64,000 bases of DNA from Bacteroidales bacterium (GTDB taxonomy: Bacteria; Bacteroidota; Bacteroidia; Bacteroidales; UBA10428), in the NCBI GenBank assembly GCA_016929525.1, contig JAFGIP010000048.1, positions 4,988 through 68,987 on the forward strand, written 5' to 3'. The notes under the pieces were generated by a model. It was not told the origin of the DNA. It did not search any database and was given only the letters and a program-made list of their open reading frames with translations. The first letter of the stretch is position 1; each line of letters begins with the position of its first letter. This document shows, piece after piece, positions 15,903-27,033 of the stretch. The translations under genes were made by a program, and so were the position numbers.

Positions 15903-18900
15903 TTTACCGTTAATGGTTATGACCAGAATGATGATCCGTATAGTCTGGGAACAGTTGATTGGACGACAAATGGCGGTAACATAAACAACGGACTATATAC
16001 ACCTTCATCAACAGGTTCTTTTACTGTTTCTGCTCGATCTGAAGAAATCTCAACATCTACATCAATAAGTGTTGAAGATTGCTCAGAATGTGAATTATTA
16101 ACAAGCATAGCATATGCAAATTCTTCATCTGTAGAAGGCGATTATGCTCCTGCCAATGCATTCGATGGTAATACAAATACCCGGTGGAGCAGTGACTTCT
16201 CAGATCCTCAGTGGATATCAGCGGACCTTGGTAATGCTTATAGAATTTGTTCAGTTGAACTAATCTGGGAAAATGCTTCAGGAAGTACATATGAAATACA
16301 GCTTAGCAATGACCCTGCTTTTGGAAGCTACGATGTAATTGCATATGAACCCGATGGAGACGGCGGAACAGATGTTCATGCTGCAGACGAGACCAACACA
16401 GGCAGATATATACGTATGTATGGAACAGTTCGCAATACGGGCTGGGGTTATTCTTTATGGGAATTCAGAATATTTGGAAGGCCTGCCGATGGTTCAGATA
16501 CACAACCACCAACTGCACCTTCATTTGTAGGTACAAGTCCTGCGCAATATGCTTGTTATTTAAGTTGGGGAGCATCTTCAGATAATGTAAGTGTAACGCA
16601 GTATGAGATATTACTCAGTGGGGCCCATGAAGATATGGTTCAGGGAACCAACACTTCATATACAATTAGTAATCTTAATCCGGATACTCAGTATACTGTT
16701 GGTGTAAGAGCTTATGATGCTGCAGGTAATATTTCCGGTACAACAGAAACTACATTCCGCACAGAATCTACAGATCCGGATGGCCCTGTTTATGGTATGG
16801 GTAATATTGCCTTAGGCATGCCTGTAACTCATTCATCTGTTCAGGTTGAGGGTGTAAATACCGGAAATAATACTACCGATGGTGATTATGGTTCGCGATG
16901 GGAGAGCCAGTTTACCGATAACGAATGGATGTATATTGATTTAGGATTAGAATACTATATAGACCGTGTCATCATCTACTGGGAAGCTGCTTCAGGTAAA
17001 CACTATGAAATTCAACTTTCAGATGATGCTCAAGACTGGACAACAGTTGCTGTATTTAATGAAGATAGATTGGCTGTTGAACCCCGAACAGATGATTTAA
17101 CATTCCAAACCGGTAGTGGCCGATATATAAGAATGCTGGGTATTGAAAGAAATACCGGATGGGGATGGTCTATATTCGAATTTGAAGTGCATAGTCTTGG
17201 CAGCGGACCAGGTGATGTACCAAGTGTAAATCCGAATCCAAATCCGGATCCTGTTCCGCCTGCAACACCTTCTTTTTCAATTAACAGCCCTGCAAATGGA
17301 GCTATGATAACGAATACGCGTGGTCCGACACTTAGCTGGCAGTCATCCCATGGCGTTGACCGTTACGAAGTATGGGTTAACATTACCCGTACGGATTACG
17401 ACTGGTTCAAATGGGGTAGTTTATTAGATAGATTTACAAAGGTTGGTGAAACAACATCAACATCTTATACGCTACAACAAGATCTGCCTGATCGCTGGAC
17501 TTACAAATGGTATATTGCTGCCATTGACGGAAGTAATACTACGTATTCACAGGTTGGTCAGTTTAGTATATACATACCTCAGGTAGAGCAGGTTGATGAC
17601 GGTATTAATATCATTAATGGTAGTCGCGATCTGAACAAAGATGTTTCAATACGAACATATGAAGACTATAGACAGCCTGTAGAAGCAAGGGTTAACGACC
17701 TAATGTCGCAAATGACCGATATGGAAAAAGCATATCAAATGTTCTACAATGCACAGGCATATCCGCAATCGGGTTGGGCATTCGGGCCAGGTACTGTTGA
17801 TGATATGTTTAATAAGCAAAAAGCAAGTGCCGGTACACGATTAGGTATTCCATTTGTATCTGCGGGTGACTGTATCCATGGTTATGGAACTTCGTATCCG
17901 GTACAAAGTGCTCTTGCAGCAACCCGTAACCTTGAAATTACCCGTCAGTGTGGTGATATGCATCGCAGGGAACAGGTGGCAGTAGGTTTCAGCGGTTCGC
18001 TTTCTCCATTGGCAAAAGTTGGTACCAAGGTTATTTATCCTCACATACAGGAAGGATGTGGTGAAGATGCAGAATATGCTGCTGCGCAGGTTCGTGCAAT
18101 GGTTTGTAGTATGCAGGGTGGGCCGGAATTGAATCCATCTTCGGTAATGGTTACGACCAAACACTGGCCGGGTGAAGGTGCCGGTGGTGAAGCACTAATT
18201 GTATACGATGGTGTAACAATTGTTTACCATATAAAACCATGGTTTGCCAACGTTGATGCTGGTGCAGGTTCTGTAATGCCGGGATATGCAGGAAGTTCAT
18301 ATCTCGATCCGGGTGGACCTGGTACCGGTGATAGTAAGCCAATACTCGACTATCTGAGAGATACCGTCAAATTTGAAGGTATTGTATGTACAGACTGGTT
18401 GCCTTATAGTGCATGGATCAACTCAGCCTTAGCCGGGCCGATGTTATGGGTGGTTCAGACCCTGGTGCTGCAGGATTCTCAATGCAGGATTTCATTAACC
18501 AGGTAGGAATGAATAGAATAAACGAAGCAGTTAGAAGAATTTTTACTGTCAAATTTAAACTGGGTATATTTGAAAATCCCTACGGTGATCCGGTTAACGG
18601 ACCTGATGAATGGTACACTCCGCAGAATGAAGCAATAGCAATTAATGCAGCAAAGCAAGCAATAACTCTTCTGGAAAATAATGGTGTTCTTCCGTTAAAT
18701 CTTGGTGCCGGCCAGAATCTATTAGTAACTGGTTCAAGAGCAAACGATGGTAACAGCTATGGTATTTGGACCAGTTATTTCCACAGAGATTATGGTGCAA
18801 TAACAATGTGGGAAGCAATACAGGAAAAAGCTTCTTCAAAAGGAATTAATGCTTACCTTGATAATGCTCCCAATCCCAGTGCTGCTGTCATTATTGTAGG

Positions 18901-19684
18901 TGAACCCAGCTACACACATCGTACGGCATGGGAGAAAGAAATGCCATGGATACATAATGCATATTTCGAAATTTCTGATACATATGAGTATGATCTGTCT
19001 ACGATTCAACAGGTAGATGCAATGGGTATTCCTTATATTGTGGTTGTTGTAATACCTCGTCCCTATATTTTAACAGATATAAGGGATATGTGCGATGCAT
19101 TGGTATTGGCATACAGACCTGGTGATGGTGGTGGTCCTGCATTATCCGATGTTTTATTTGGTGATTTTGCACCACAGGGCAGATTACCATGGCAGTTACC
19201 ACGTTCTATGGATCAGATTGGTACTGATATAGTTTCGGGACAGATTGAAAAATGGGATTTACCTTTTGATTTAGGGGCAACTGCTGCTGAACGACAGGAA
19301 ATCAGATCATTGATCGCAAATCACGAACAACCATTACCAATCTATGGTGATCCGTTGTATCAGTATGGATACGGAATACAGGGTTATGTAAAAGATAATG
19401 AAAGAGTTAGTGAAAGCTTGTCAGCAATTAATGATAGTCACCCAAGACTAATTGTTGAACCTAATCCGGTGAATGATAACCTGAGGCTACATCTCGAAGG
19501 AGTAAACCCTATAGGAAAAACCATTACTATCTTCGATTTGCAGGGTAGAAAAATAATGGAGGAGAATATAACGTCATATACCGGGGTGCTTCAAATTTCA
19601 GTTTCTGCTTTACGAAGTGGTCCCTACTTTATAATGGTAGAAGACAGAGGTAAAATCTATTACTCCTTATTTATCAAGCAATAA
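15858..19684 (+). pseudogene. 5'-truncated, frameshifted multidomain GH3 beta-glycosidase (Ig-like, 2x F5/8 type C, FN3, GH3 N+C, T9SS CTD)
   Basis: The frame is open from 15858 with no start or signal peptide before the ATG at 16416, which lies inside a discoidin domain (NAFDGNTNTRWSS...). The GH3 blocks are split at 18435-18437, where GGG appears to have been GGGG. The protein ends in a T9SS CTD (EPNPVNDNL...). Confidence 0.75.
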
Positions 19685-19867
19685 TGATTATACTTTGTAG
19701 TGCGAGGTTAATTTTAAGTAGAATTATGAGTAAAAAGACTGGGATCAAATTCCCGGTCTTTTCATATTTCATAAGCAAATTAAATTTGGTCAAATTATAG
19801 ACCACCTTCCCTGAAAAAATTTTCCAATGATAATTATCTAAATTATTTTCGTGCAAAATTTTTCACA

Positions 19868-21178
19868 GTGGATATGGAATTGAGGTTTGAGAGGAAATTA
19901 TTGCAGAATACATGTTTGATTTTAATTATTGTATTTCCATTAGCAACTATACTGAATTTAATTATTGACCCAGGCTATTTATTAGCCTTATTTACTTTCA
20001 TTGCAACAATTCTGTTTATTATATTATTTATTCTCTGTAAGAGAAGCAATAACATTAAAAGTATACGCCTCATTGTGACCATCCTGATGCTTGGGTTTAT
20101 TAATTTCGGATGGTTTTTTAATAATGGCTCTTCGGGTCCAATGTTAGGAATTTTTATCTTGTACCTGGGCTTTATGGTTTTAATATGGGAAAAAAGAACA
20201 CTGTATATTCTTGCGAGTATAACCCTGTTAAATATTACTGTCCTGTTTTTTATTGAATTTTATTATACCGATATTATAGAATTGTATGCCTCAGAACATG
20301 CCAGGTTAATTGATGTATATGTAGGTCTGTTTTTTGCATTAGGGGTGATATTTATGTATTCCTATTATGCCAAATATAATTATCGTAAACAACTGCGAAA
20401 TGCTCAGAAATCGGATGAACTTAAAACATCTTTCCTGGCAAATATATCACATGAGATAAGAACTCCGTTAAACGCTATTATTGGATTTTCCGGTTTAATT
20501 AATCGTACCGATGACGAAGAAAGAAGATATCATTATGGGAATATAATAAAGAAAAATGGTTATCAGCTCCAGCTTATCTTTGAAAATATTCTGGATATTT
20601 CAATGATTGAATCCGGTCAAATGAGATTTATTCCAACAGACCTGGATTTAAATGAACTTTTACAAACGTTAAAAGTAGAAGCTATAAACGAGTGTAGCTT
20701 GCGTGATAAGAATAATATTAAAATTAATTGTGAAATACCAGCTGAATATCATTATCTGTTTATCGATAAACAGCGATTACAACAGGTGTTGCAAAACCTA
20801 GTTTCAAATGCAATAAAATTTACAAATTCCGGTACGGTTAGTTTTGGATACAGACCTGTAAATAAGTATTATCAGTTCTATGTAAAAGATACTGGTATTG
20901 GTATTAGACCCGAAAATTTTGAAAAAGTATTTAAAAGATTTTCAAAAATTGAAGAAGAAAAGATACAACTATACAGGGGTGCCGGATTGGGTTTGTATGT
21001 AAGTAAGAAAATAATTGAATTACTTGGAGGTAAAATCTGGTTTACTTCAGTTTATGGAAAAGGAACATCTTTCTTCTTTCAGCTACCAAAGAAACATTTT
21101 AATAATTCTAAAAAGACAGTGGAAACTATCCTGAAAAATATTTATATAGAACAGGATAAGGTTAACTTGAATAAATGA
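19868..21178 (+). CDS. Membrane-bound sensor histidine kinase (multi-TM input, HisKA, HATPase_c)
   Basis: About 6 hydrophobic helices, then FLANISHEIRTPLNAIIGF, NLVSNAIKFT, DTGIGI and GAGLGL. Confidence 0.85.
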   Translation: MDMELRFERKLLQNTCLILIIVFPLATILNLIIDPGYLLALFTFIATILFIILFILCKRSNNIKSIRLIVTILMLGFINFGWFFNNGSSGPMLGIFILYLGFMVLIWEKRTLYILASITLLNITVLFFIEFYYTDIIELYASEHARLIDVYVGLFFALGVIFMYSYYAKYNYRKQLRNAQKSDELKTSFLANISHEIRTPLNAIIGFSGLINRTDDEERRYHYGNIIKKNGYQLQLIFENILDISMIESGQMRFIPTDLDLNELLQTLKVEAINECSLRDKNNIKINCEIPAEYHYLFIDKQRLQQVLQNLVSNAIKFTNSGTVSFGYRPVNKYYQFYVKDTGIGIRPENFEKVFKRFSKIEEEKIQLYRGAGLGLYVSKKIIELLGGKIWFTSVYGKGTSFFFQLPKKHFNNSKKTVETILKNIYIEQDKVNLNK

Positions 21179-21291
21179 AAGGAAGGAAACAGGTTAAATA
21201 ATTATAAAAAAAATCCAAACCGCTTTATTCTTTGAACCAAATCTTTCAGCAACTTATCTTTCGAAATAAAGCAGTTTGGATCCAGGTATTA

Positions 21292-21648
21292 TTAGTTAAG
21301 ACTAATAAAATTAACCGGTACCTGAAAAGTATAACCTCTCATTCTTACATCTGCCTGTAAAACTTTTTCATTAATTTCTTTCTTAAGAAGACTGGCCAAT
21401 GATTTGTTTTCACCCTCAACTTTCAAATCTTTCACATGCCCTTCACTATCAACTTTAAAAGTTAACACTAATATTGAATTTTCATACTTTTCCAGGTAAT
21501 CGGTATAAGGTATTTCATTACATACCTGTTCGATTTGCTCACTCAGCGTATTAGACGCTGCAAGAGCTTGCTCTCTGTCACTAGCTTCTGCCTGTGTAGT
21601 TATAGCAAGAAATATAACTATAACAAATAATGCATTTAGTGTTTTCAT
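21292..21648 (-). CDS. Small secreted protein, possibly TonB-C-like fold
   Basis: Signal peptide MKTLNALFVIVIFLAITTQAEA. The C-terminus LVLTFKVDSEGHVKDLKV...FQVPVNF is weakly TonB_C-like. Confidence 0.5.
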   Translation of the reverse strand: MKTLNALFVIVIFLAITTQAEASDREQALAASNTLSEQIEQVCNEIPYTDYLEKYENSILVLTFKVDSEGHVKDLKVEGENKSLASLLKKEINEKVLQADVRMRGYTFQVPVNFISLN

Positions 21649-21833
21649 GATTTTTGTTTTTTATTTTTAAAATAATGATTCAAAAGTACACTGAGCTTTA
21701 ACATTTACTGTCATATCGTAATAATGCTTTGTAAAGAATTGTCATCAGTTGTCAGGAGAATAAGAACAGATATTATATATTGCAATTGGAACCCCTTTTT
21801 TAGATATAATAATATTTTAAAGATCACTGAAAT

Positions 21834-22034
21834 ATGAAAAGATTAGAAGACAGAAAATACCTCAGAACTGTAAGGGCTACCTGGTTGGCAGAAAAACTTG
21901 ATATAAATTATGCACGAGCTAATGCGATACTAAATAAAAATGTTGCAGCAACACCGAAAGAGAAGAGAAGAATCTCACAGGCAATAAAAAAAGTCAGAAG
22001 AGCTCCAACTTATATGAAAAGTAAGAACATTTAA
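21834..22034 (+). CDS. Small basic hypothetical protein (possible HTH)
   Basis: 66 aa and Lys/Arg-rich. WLAEKLDINYARANAILNK is weakly HTH-like. No other support. Confidence 0.3.
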   Translation: MKRLEDRKYLRTVRATWLAEKLDINYARANAILNKNVAATPKEKRRISQAIKKVRRAPTYMKSKNI

Positions 22035-22091
22035 TAAAGTGTAGCAGTTAATAGAAGTTTATATAATTAGCTTATTGGTGTTGAACCTATT

Positions 22092-22808
22092 TTACTTTTT
22101 TTGATTAATAAGTATCGGATCCGATATGATGTAGATTCCACCTCTGTAAAAAATCCAGGCACTTGTGGCCATAAGTATGTGACTAATATCGAAATGATTG
22201 AACCACGGTGATATTCCACATTTATTCATATATACCAGAGCCGATAAAGCTGCAAAAACAACCGCAATTAACAATGTTCGGCTACCTGTTGTTTTTTCCT
22301 TAAAATATACATATAAACTAAAACTGGTAACTACCACCAGTAATCCATATGCAGCGTGTACCTGAACGAAGAAAAAGTTGAGGGTTGAAAAAGTGATTGC
22401 TATAAATATGATAAGTTCAATGATGTTTATCCAGGAAAAGATTTTCCCGGTTTTTTCACTGATAATAGGTCTTGCATATTCAATTGCAGCTCGTTCAACA
22501 AGGGTAATAGAAAACATGCTAATAAGCCATCCTGGTAATTTCCATGGTGATACTTCAAGGGTAACATGAAAAAGATCATCTAAAGCATATAAAAAACTAT
22601 GCCCAACAATACCCCCAAAGGTGGTAGCAATTCCCATTGTAAGAAAATAATACTTTAAAAAGGTACTTACTTTATTATGCCGATCGATTCTTTTAAGTTT
22701 AATAAAAGCATAAAAACAAACTGCGGAGACTACCAAATCGGTTATTACAGTGACAGGTTCGTCAATTCTCAGATTATTTATATAAATGGATGGCTGTTCA
22801 AATTCCAT
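22092..22808 (-). CDS. Polytopic integral membrane protein, unknown function
   Basis: About 7 hydrophobic segments across 238 aa. Confidence 0.6.
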   Translation of the reverse strand: MEFEQPSIYINNLRIDEPVTVITDLVVSAVCFYAFIKLKRIDRHNKVSTFLKYYFLTMGIATTFGGIVGHSFLYALDDLFHVTLEVSPWKLPGWLISMFSITLVERAAIEYARPIISEKTGKIFSWINIIELIIFIAITFSTLNFFFVQVHAAYGLLVVVTSFSLYVYFKEKTTGSRTLLIAVVFAALSALVYMNKCGISPWFNHFDISHILMATSAWIFYRGGIYIISDPILINQKK

Positions 22809-23243
22809 GTTAATAAGTTATATTCATTTTTTATAACATAAAAATGAGGAAATAAATATATAAAAAGCAGAGATGTTATTATTATCTGCTTACCAGAAAG
22901 TGATATTTTATTTCATGCATAAAAAATATTTATGTGCGAATGCACTATTTTATATTATTTAAGCAATAAATTCGCAGCTGCTGTTTTATAAAGATGAAGA
23001 TAAAAATGAACATTTTATATTCAAATGAATTACTTGCAGAATGCAGATACCATAAGATTTAGGTAGATTTAAACTATAGATTACGAGAGTATATTACTAA
23101 GTAATAATATATTATTAATACAAATAAATTCTAAAATTGATTTTCAATGTGGCTTACTAAAATTGTTTAAAAAAAGAAAAAGAATATAAGTATTACAATC
23201 AATTAAGTGTAATTTTGCACAGTAGTACATTTTAATTTTAATT

Positions 23244-23435
23244 ATGAAAACAGGTAAAGTAAAATTCTTTAATGAATCAAAAGGTTTTGGATTTATTAAA
23301 GACAATGAAACAAATGAAGAGCACTTTGTACATGTAAGTGGTCTTATCGACAAAATCACTGAAGACGATGAAGTCACCTTTGAACTTAAACAAGGTAAAA
23401 AAGGATTAAATGCTGTAAATGTTAAATTAGTTTAG
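23244..23435 (+). CDS. Cold-shock domain protein (paralog of 6211..6402)
   Basis: GKVKFFNESKGFGFIKD and HFVHVSG. The C-terminus KKGLNAVNVKL is identical to that of the other copy. Confidence 0.95.
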   Translation: MKTGKVKFFNESKGFGFIKDNETNEEHFVHVSGLIDKITEDDEVTFELKQGKKGLNAVNVKLV

Positions 23436-23471
23436 ATACTAATACGATATATTATGTGATTTAATCTTGTA

Positions 23472-23497
23472 CCCCGGTATTCATCGGGGTTTTTTTA
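23472..23497 (+). terminator. Rho-independent terminator after csp
   Basis: ccccg-gtattcat-cgggg followed by TTTTTTT. Confidence 0.65.
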
Positions 23498-23536
23498 TTT
23501 TTATGTATAAATTAAATTGCTTAATTCTAGGTAACA

Positions 23537-24196
23537 ATGAAAATAAAATCCATTGTAACAGGTGCAACGGGAATGGTGGGTGAAGGCGTACTGCATGAGT
23601 GCCTTATTCACGAAAGTGTTGAAGAAGTTTTGGTCATTGGAAGACGATCATGTAAAATTCGACATATTAAGTTAAAAGAGATTATACAACCTGATATGTT
23701 TGATATTTCTGTTCTTGACGATCAGCTCAAAGGATATAATGCATGTTATTTTTGTCTCGGTATTTCATCGGTAGGAATGAAAGAAGACCAGTATAAAAAG
23801 ATTACTTATGACCTTACCATGAATTTTGCAAATAAACTTGTTGAGCTAAACAAGGACATGATTTTTTGCTATGTTTCAGGGGCAGGCACTGATAGTTCGG
23901 AAAAGGGGCGTAGTATGTGGGCTCGTATAAAAGGTAAAACTGAGAATGATCTGTTAAAGCTTCCGTTTAAGAAAGCCTTTATGTTTCGACCGGGTTTTAT
24001 GCAACCAACAAAAGGTCTGAAAAATACACTGAGGATGTACAAAAATTTAGGGTGGCTGTATCCGGTTCTTAAATTACTTTTACCCGGTTTTGTTTGCAAA
24101 CTTAGTGATTTAGGTAAGGCAATGATTAAGGTGTGTACGAATGATTATGAGAAAACTGTGATTAATACAAGAGATATTATTCAGCTTAATTATTAA
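23537..24196 (+). CDS. NAD(P)H-binding atypical SDR (NmrA/HTATIP2-like)
   Basis: Rossmann motif VTGATGMVGEGV at the N-terminus; 219 aa. Confidence 0.75.
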   Translation: MKIKSIVTGATGMVGEGVLHECLIHESVEEVLVIGRRSCKIRHIKLKEIIQPDMFDISVLDDQLKGYNACYFCLGISSVGMKEDQYKKITYDLTMNFANKLVELNKDMIFCYVSGAGTDSSEKGRSMWARIKGKTENDLLKLPFKKAFMFRPGFMQPTKGLKNTLRMYKNLGWLYPVLKLLLPGFVCKLSDLGKAMIKVCTNDYEKTVINTRDIIQLNY

Positions 24197-24648
24197 ATAT
24201 TATATCGACATTTTTACCATAGAATTTTCAATCATCTTAGATTATTTAGAAAGGAGTACAGCAATATATACATACATGTGTAATTGAAGATGGTAAAATT
24301 GTAATAGACGATATCTAACTGGCTTTCGGTTGGTTAACCCGTTTTTATTTATTTACAATATTCATAGTAAAACATTACGAGACTTGTATAAGAAGCCTAA
24401 TAATAATATGAGTTTAATTTTAAAAAGAGTCGTTAATTAAAGTTCGTTTTATCTTATAAGTCGAAAAACCAATATGTATTAATATTCTGTAATTCTATAG
24501 TTGTAATAGACATACTTTAAATTACTTGGTACTTGTAATAGACAGAAAATAAAAGAAGAGAACGATCCATGCAAAATACCACTGATTTTTTAACTATGGA
24601 TAGAAATAACATTTAAAAGTATGGCAATTAAATAATTTACTGACTAAA

Positions 24649-24690
24649 TTTTACTTATCGTTATTAATCTTTTACTTATCGTTATTAATC
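24649..24690. repeat. Perfect 21-bp tandem duplication (ttttacttatcgttattaatc x2)
   Basis: Read directly at 24649-24669 and 24670-24690, just downstream of the stop of the minus-strand gene at 24705. Confidence 0.9.
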
Positions 24691-24704
24691 AATAATAAGG
24701 TATT

Positions 24705-25157
24705 CTAAAAAGTAATTACATGCCTTTCCTTAATAAAATTGGTCAGATCAACTCCGGTATATCTTACAATAACACCTATTTTTTCCAGTTCATCAGAAAT
24801 CTCATATTGATCGGCACAACCTTTACAAGCTAAAACTTCAATTCCGTAATCTATCATTTTCTTTACATATTCCTGCAGTTCCTTATCCTCGGTAAGAAGC
24901 TTTTGCGATGGACCCCAAACTAAAAGCGTAATTTCATCCCACCACTGATAATTATTTGCATTATAAGTATACATAAATACCATTTTCAGGGCTACTTCTC
25001 TATCGGTACTTGTCCATAACACTACAAGCTTATCTTTATTGCAGACTTTGGTCGTATCCTTTGATTGAATGTAATCCGGAGAAGTAGCGAAGGCATATGT
25101 GCTCAAAATGGGAAAAAAGATGATTGAGAATAAGTAAGGTAAAATTTGTTTTTTCAT
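24705..25157 (-). CDS. Secreted DsrE/DsrF-like family protein
   Basis: Signal peptide, then KLVVLWTS...ITLLVWGPS...VLACKGCADQY, which is DsrE-like. Confidence 0.5.
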   Translation of the reverse strand: MKKQILPYLFSIIFFPILSTYAFATSPDYIQSKDTTKVCNKDKLVVLWTSTDREVALKMVFMYTYNANNYQWWDEITLLVWGPSQKLLTEDKELQEYVKKMIDYGIEVLACKGCADQYEISDELEKIGVIVRYTGVDLTNFIKERHVITF

Positions 25158-25441
25158 AACTTATATTTTGAATCGTTAGTCTAAATGATTTATTATGTTG
25201 TGAAATTATACTCAGTTATGACAAATAATAAAGTCTTATTACTTATATCAATAAGAATGCATCAATCAGAAATATATCCTGTTTTCAGGAATGAATTATC
25301 ACTATATGTTCCTCAAGCCCTTATATATCAGGTTTAAATCTCATATCTCATATCTGACTTCTTACATCTTTACTTCACATTAAACAAATTAACTTACATT
25401 TGAGATCAGATAGCAACCAATATTAAAGCATTCGGTAAATT

Positions 25442-25819
25442 ATGATAAAAAGTATATTATTAATAGGAACAGGTGGATTTATTGGCAGTGTGGCGAGGTA
25501 TTTTGTGTCTAAGCTGAACTTGCACATTGATTTTTTTGCAATTCCGGTAGGAACACTTACTGTTAATGTTATAGGCAGTTTTATTATAGGTCTCCTTACA
25601 GGTATATCAGATAAAAGCACAATACTACCGGTCGATCTCAGAATGCTGCTAATGGTTGGGGTTTGCGGTGGTTTTACAACATTTTCTACTTTTTCAAGTG
25701 AAAACCTTATGCTTATGCACAACGGGCAGTTTCTTTCTGTCTTTCTCTATTCAGGATTAAGTATATTTTTAGGATTTCTGGCTGTTTACATGGGTTACGT
25801 AATATCAAATATGTTTTAA
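25442..25819 (+). CDS. crcB: Fluoride ion channel CrcB/FluC
   Basis: IGTGGFIGSVARY and GVCGGFTTFSTFS signatures; 125 aa, 4 TM. Confidence 0.9.
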   Translation: MIKSILLIGTGGFIGSVARYFVSKLNLHIDFFAIPVGTLTVNVIGSFIIGLLTGISDKSTILPVDLRMLLMVGVCGGFTTFSTFSSENLMLMHNGQFLSVFLYSGLSIFLGFLAVYMGYVISNMF

Positions 25820-25821
25820 TT

Positions 25822-26172
25822 ATGGCTAAAAATGAGCATAGCGTATTAAAGATTTACGCAAGTACTACTGATAAAATCGGAACGAAATTATTTTACGAAC
25901 ATATTGTATATCTGGCAAAAGAAAAAGGTATCTCAGGGGTAACGGTGTACCGTGGAATTATGGGTTACGGGCAAAGCAGTAAACATATAAATTCTTCAAG
26001 ATTTTGGGAACTTACAGAGAAACTTCCGGTTATGATTGAGATTATAGATAAAACTGATATTCTTGAAGACTTTTATAATAGCATTGAATCTGAACTTTTG
26101 GAAATGCCCAAAGGTTGTTTGGTTTCGATGGAATCGATCCGGATAAAACTGATGAAATCTGGAATAAATTAA
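25822..26172 (+). CDS. DUF190 (PII-like) protein commonly paired with crcB
   Basis: LKIYASTTDK...GISGVTVYRGIMGYG is the DUF190 pattern. It starts 3 nt after the crcB stop. Confidence 0.8.
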   Translation: MAKNEHSVLKIYASTTDKIGTKLFYEHIVYLAKEKGISGVTVYRGIMGYGQSSKHINSSRFWELTEKLPVMIEIIDKTDILEDFYNSIESELLEMPKGCLVSMESIRIKLMKSGIN

Positions 26173-26315
26173 GGTATATCTTATAGCAACGATATTTATT
26201 ATACTTTAAAATATATAAGCTTAATGTAACGAAGTTTATTATTTAATATCTTCAACTGATCAAATCGTTTTTTAATATTGAACTTTTAATAATACTTCTT
26301 AATTGTTAAATAACC

Positions 26316-26825
26316 ATGAATATATCAAAGAGATATGATAATTACCCTGCATGGATTGTGATTTCGTCTAACTTACTTTCGATTACAATCTATGGCCTGG
26401 GATTTTTGATAATGTTACGGCTGAGTTGGATAGCTGCTTTACTTTATCTAGCTTATATCTTTGCATTTGAATACAGGTTGCTTAATAAAAATTGTGTTAA
26501 CTGTTATTATTGGGGTAAATACTGTGGTTTTGGTAAAGGGAAGTTAAGCTCTGTGTTTTTTAAAAAAGGCGATATATCAAAGTTTTGTAGTAAGGAATTT
26601 GCATGGAAAGATATGATCCCAGATATTCTGATTACCCTTATTCCGTTCATAACAGGCATAGTGTTACTGATACAAAAATTCAATGTTATATTGTTATTAA
26701 TCATTATAACTCTGTTGGTCTTATCAACCGCAGTGACAGGGTTTGTTCGAACCTCTTTAACTTGCAAATTCTGTAAACAAAAAGATATTGGTTGCCTGGC
26801 AGATAAGCTGTTTAATAAAAGCTGA
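26316..26825 (+). CDS. Cys-rich polytopic membrane protein, unknown function
   Basis: 4 TM segments plus two Cys clusters (CVNCYYWGKYCGFG and CKFCKQKDIGC). Confidence 0.55.
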   Translation: MNISKRYDNYPAWIVISSNLLSITIYGLGFLIMLRLSWIAALLYLAYIFAFEYRLLNKNCVNCYYWGKYCGFGKGKLSSVFFKKGDISKFCSKEFAWKDMIPDILITLIPFITGIVLLIQKFNVILLLIIITLLVLSTAVTGFVRTSLTCKFCKQKDIGCLADKLFNKS

Positions 26826-27033
26826 TATTTGGAAGGTGATTAATAAGATTTTAAGTTTTTTACTTAAAGCTTAAGAACTGTAAAACTAGTAGCTTTTTTG
26901 TTAATAAAGATTTGTTCAGATATTTTATTATTATTGCTGAGATTTCAATTTTCCTGATACTGTTTTAGAATTGGTAATCAGGAGAATTTTCTGAATCAAT
27001 AATTGCGTTCAAAGATTATAAATCTCCTTTGCC

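Noticed and set aside
22860-22895. Imperfect hairpin aagcagagatgttattattatctgctt as a terminator
   Set aside because: It lies upstream of the minus-strand membrane gene and far upstream of the plus-strand csp gene, so it terminates no identifiable transcript. The stem is bulged.
25158-25441. Expected fluoride (crcB-motif) riboswitch upstream of crcB
   Set aside because: I found no match to the conserved core as I remember it (GGnGAUG..., AACCGCC, CUGAUGAU). The region contains only AT-rich sequence and a short ctcatat repeat. A covariance-model scan (Rfam RF01734) would be decisive.
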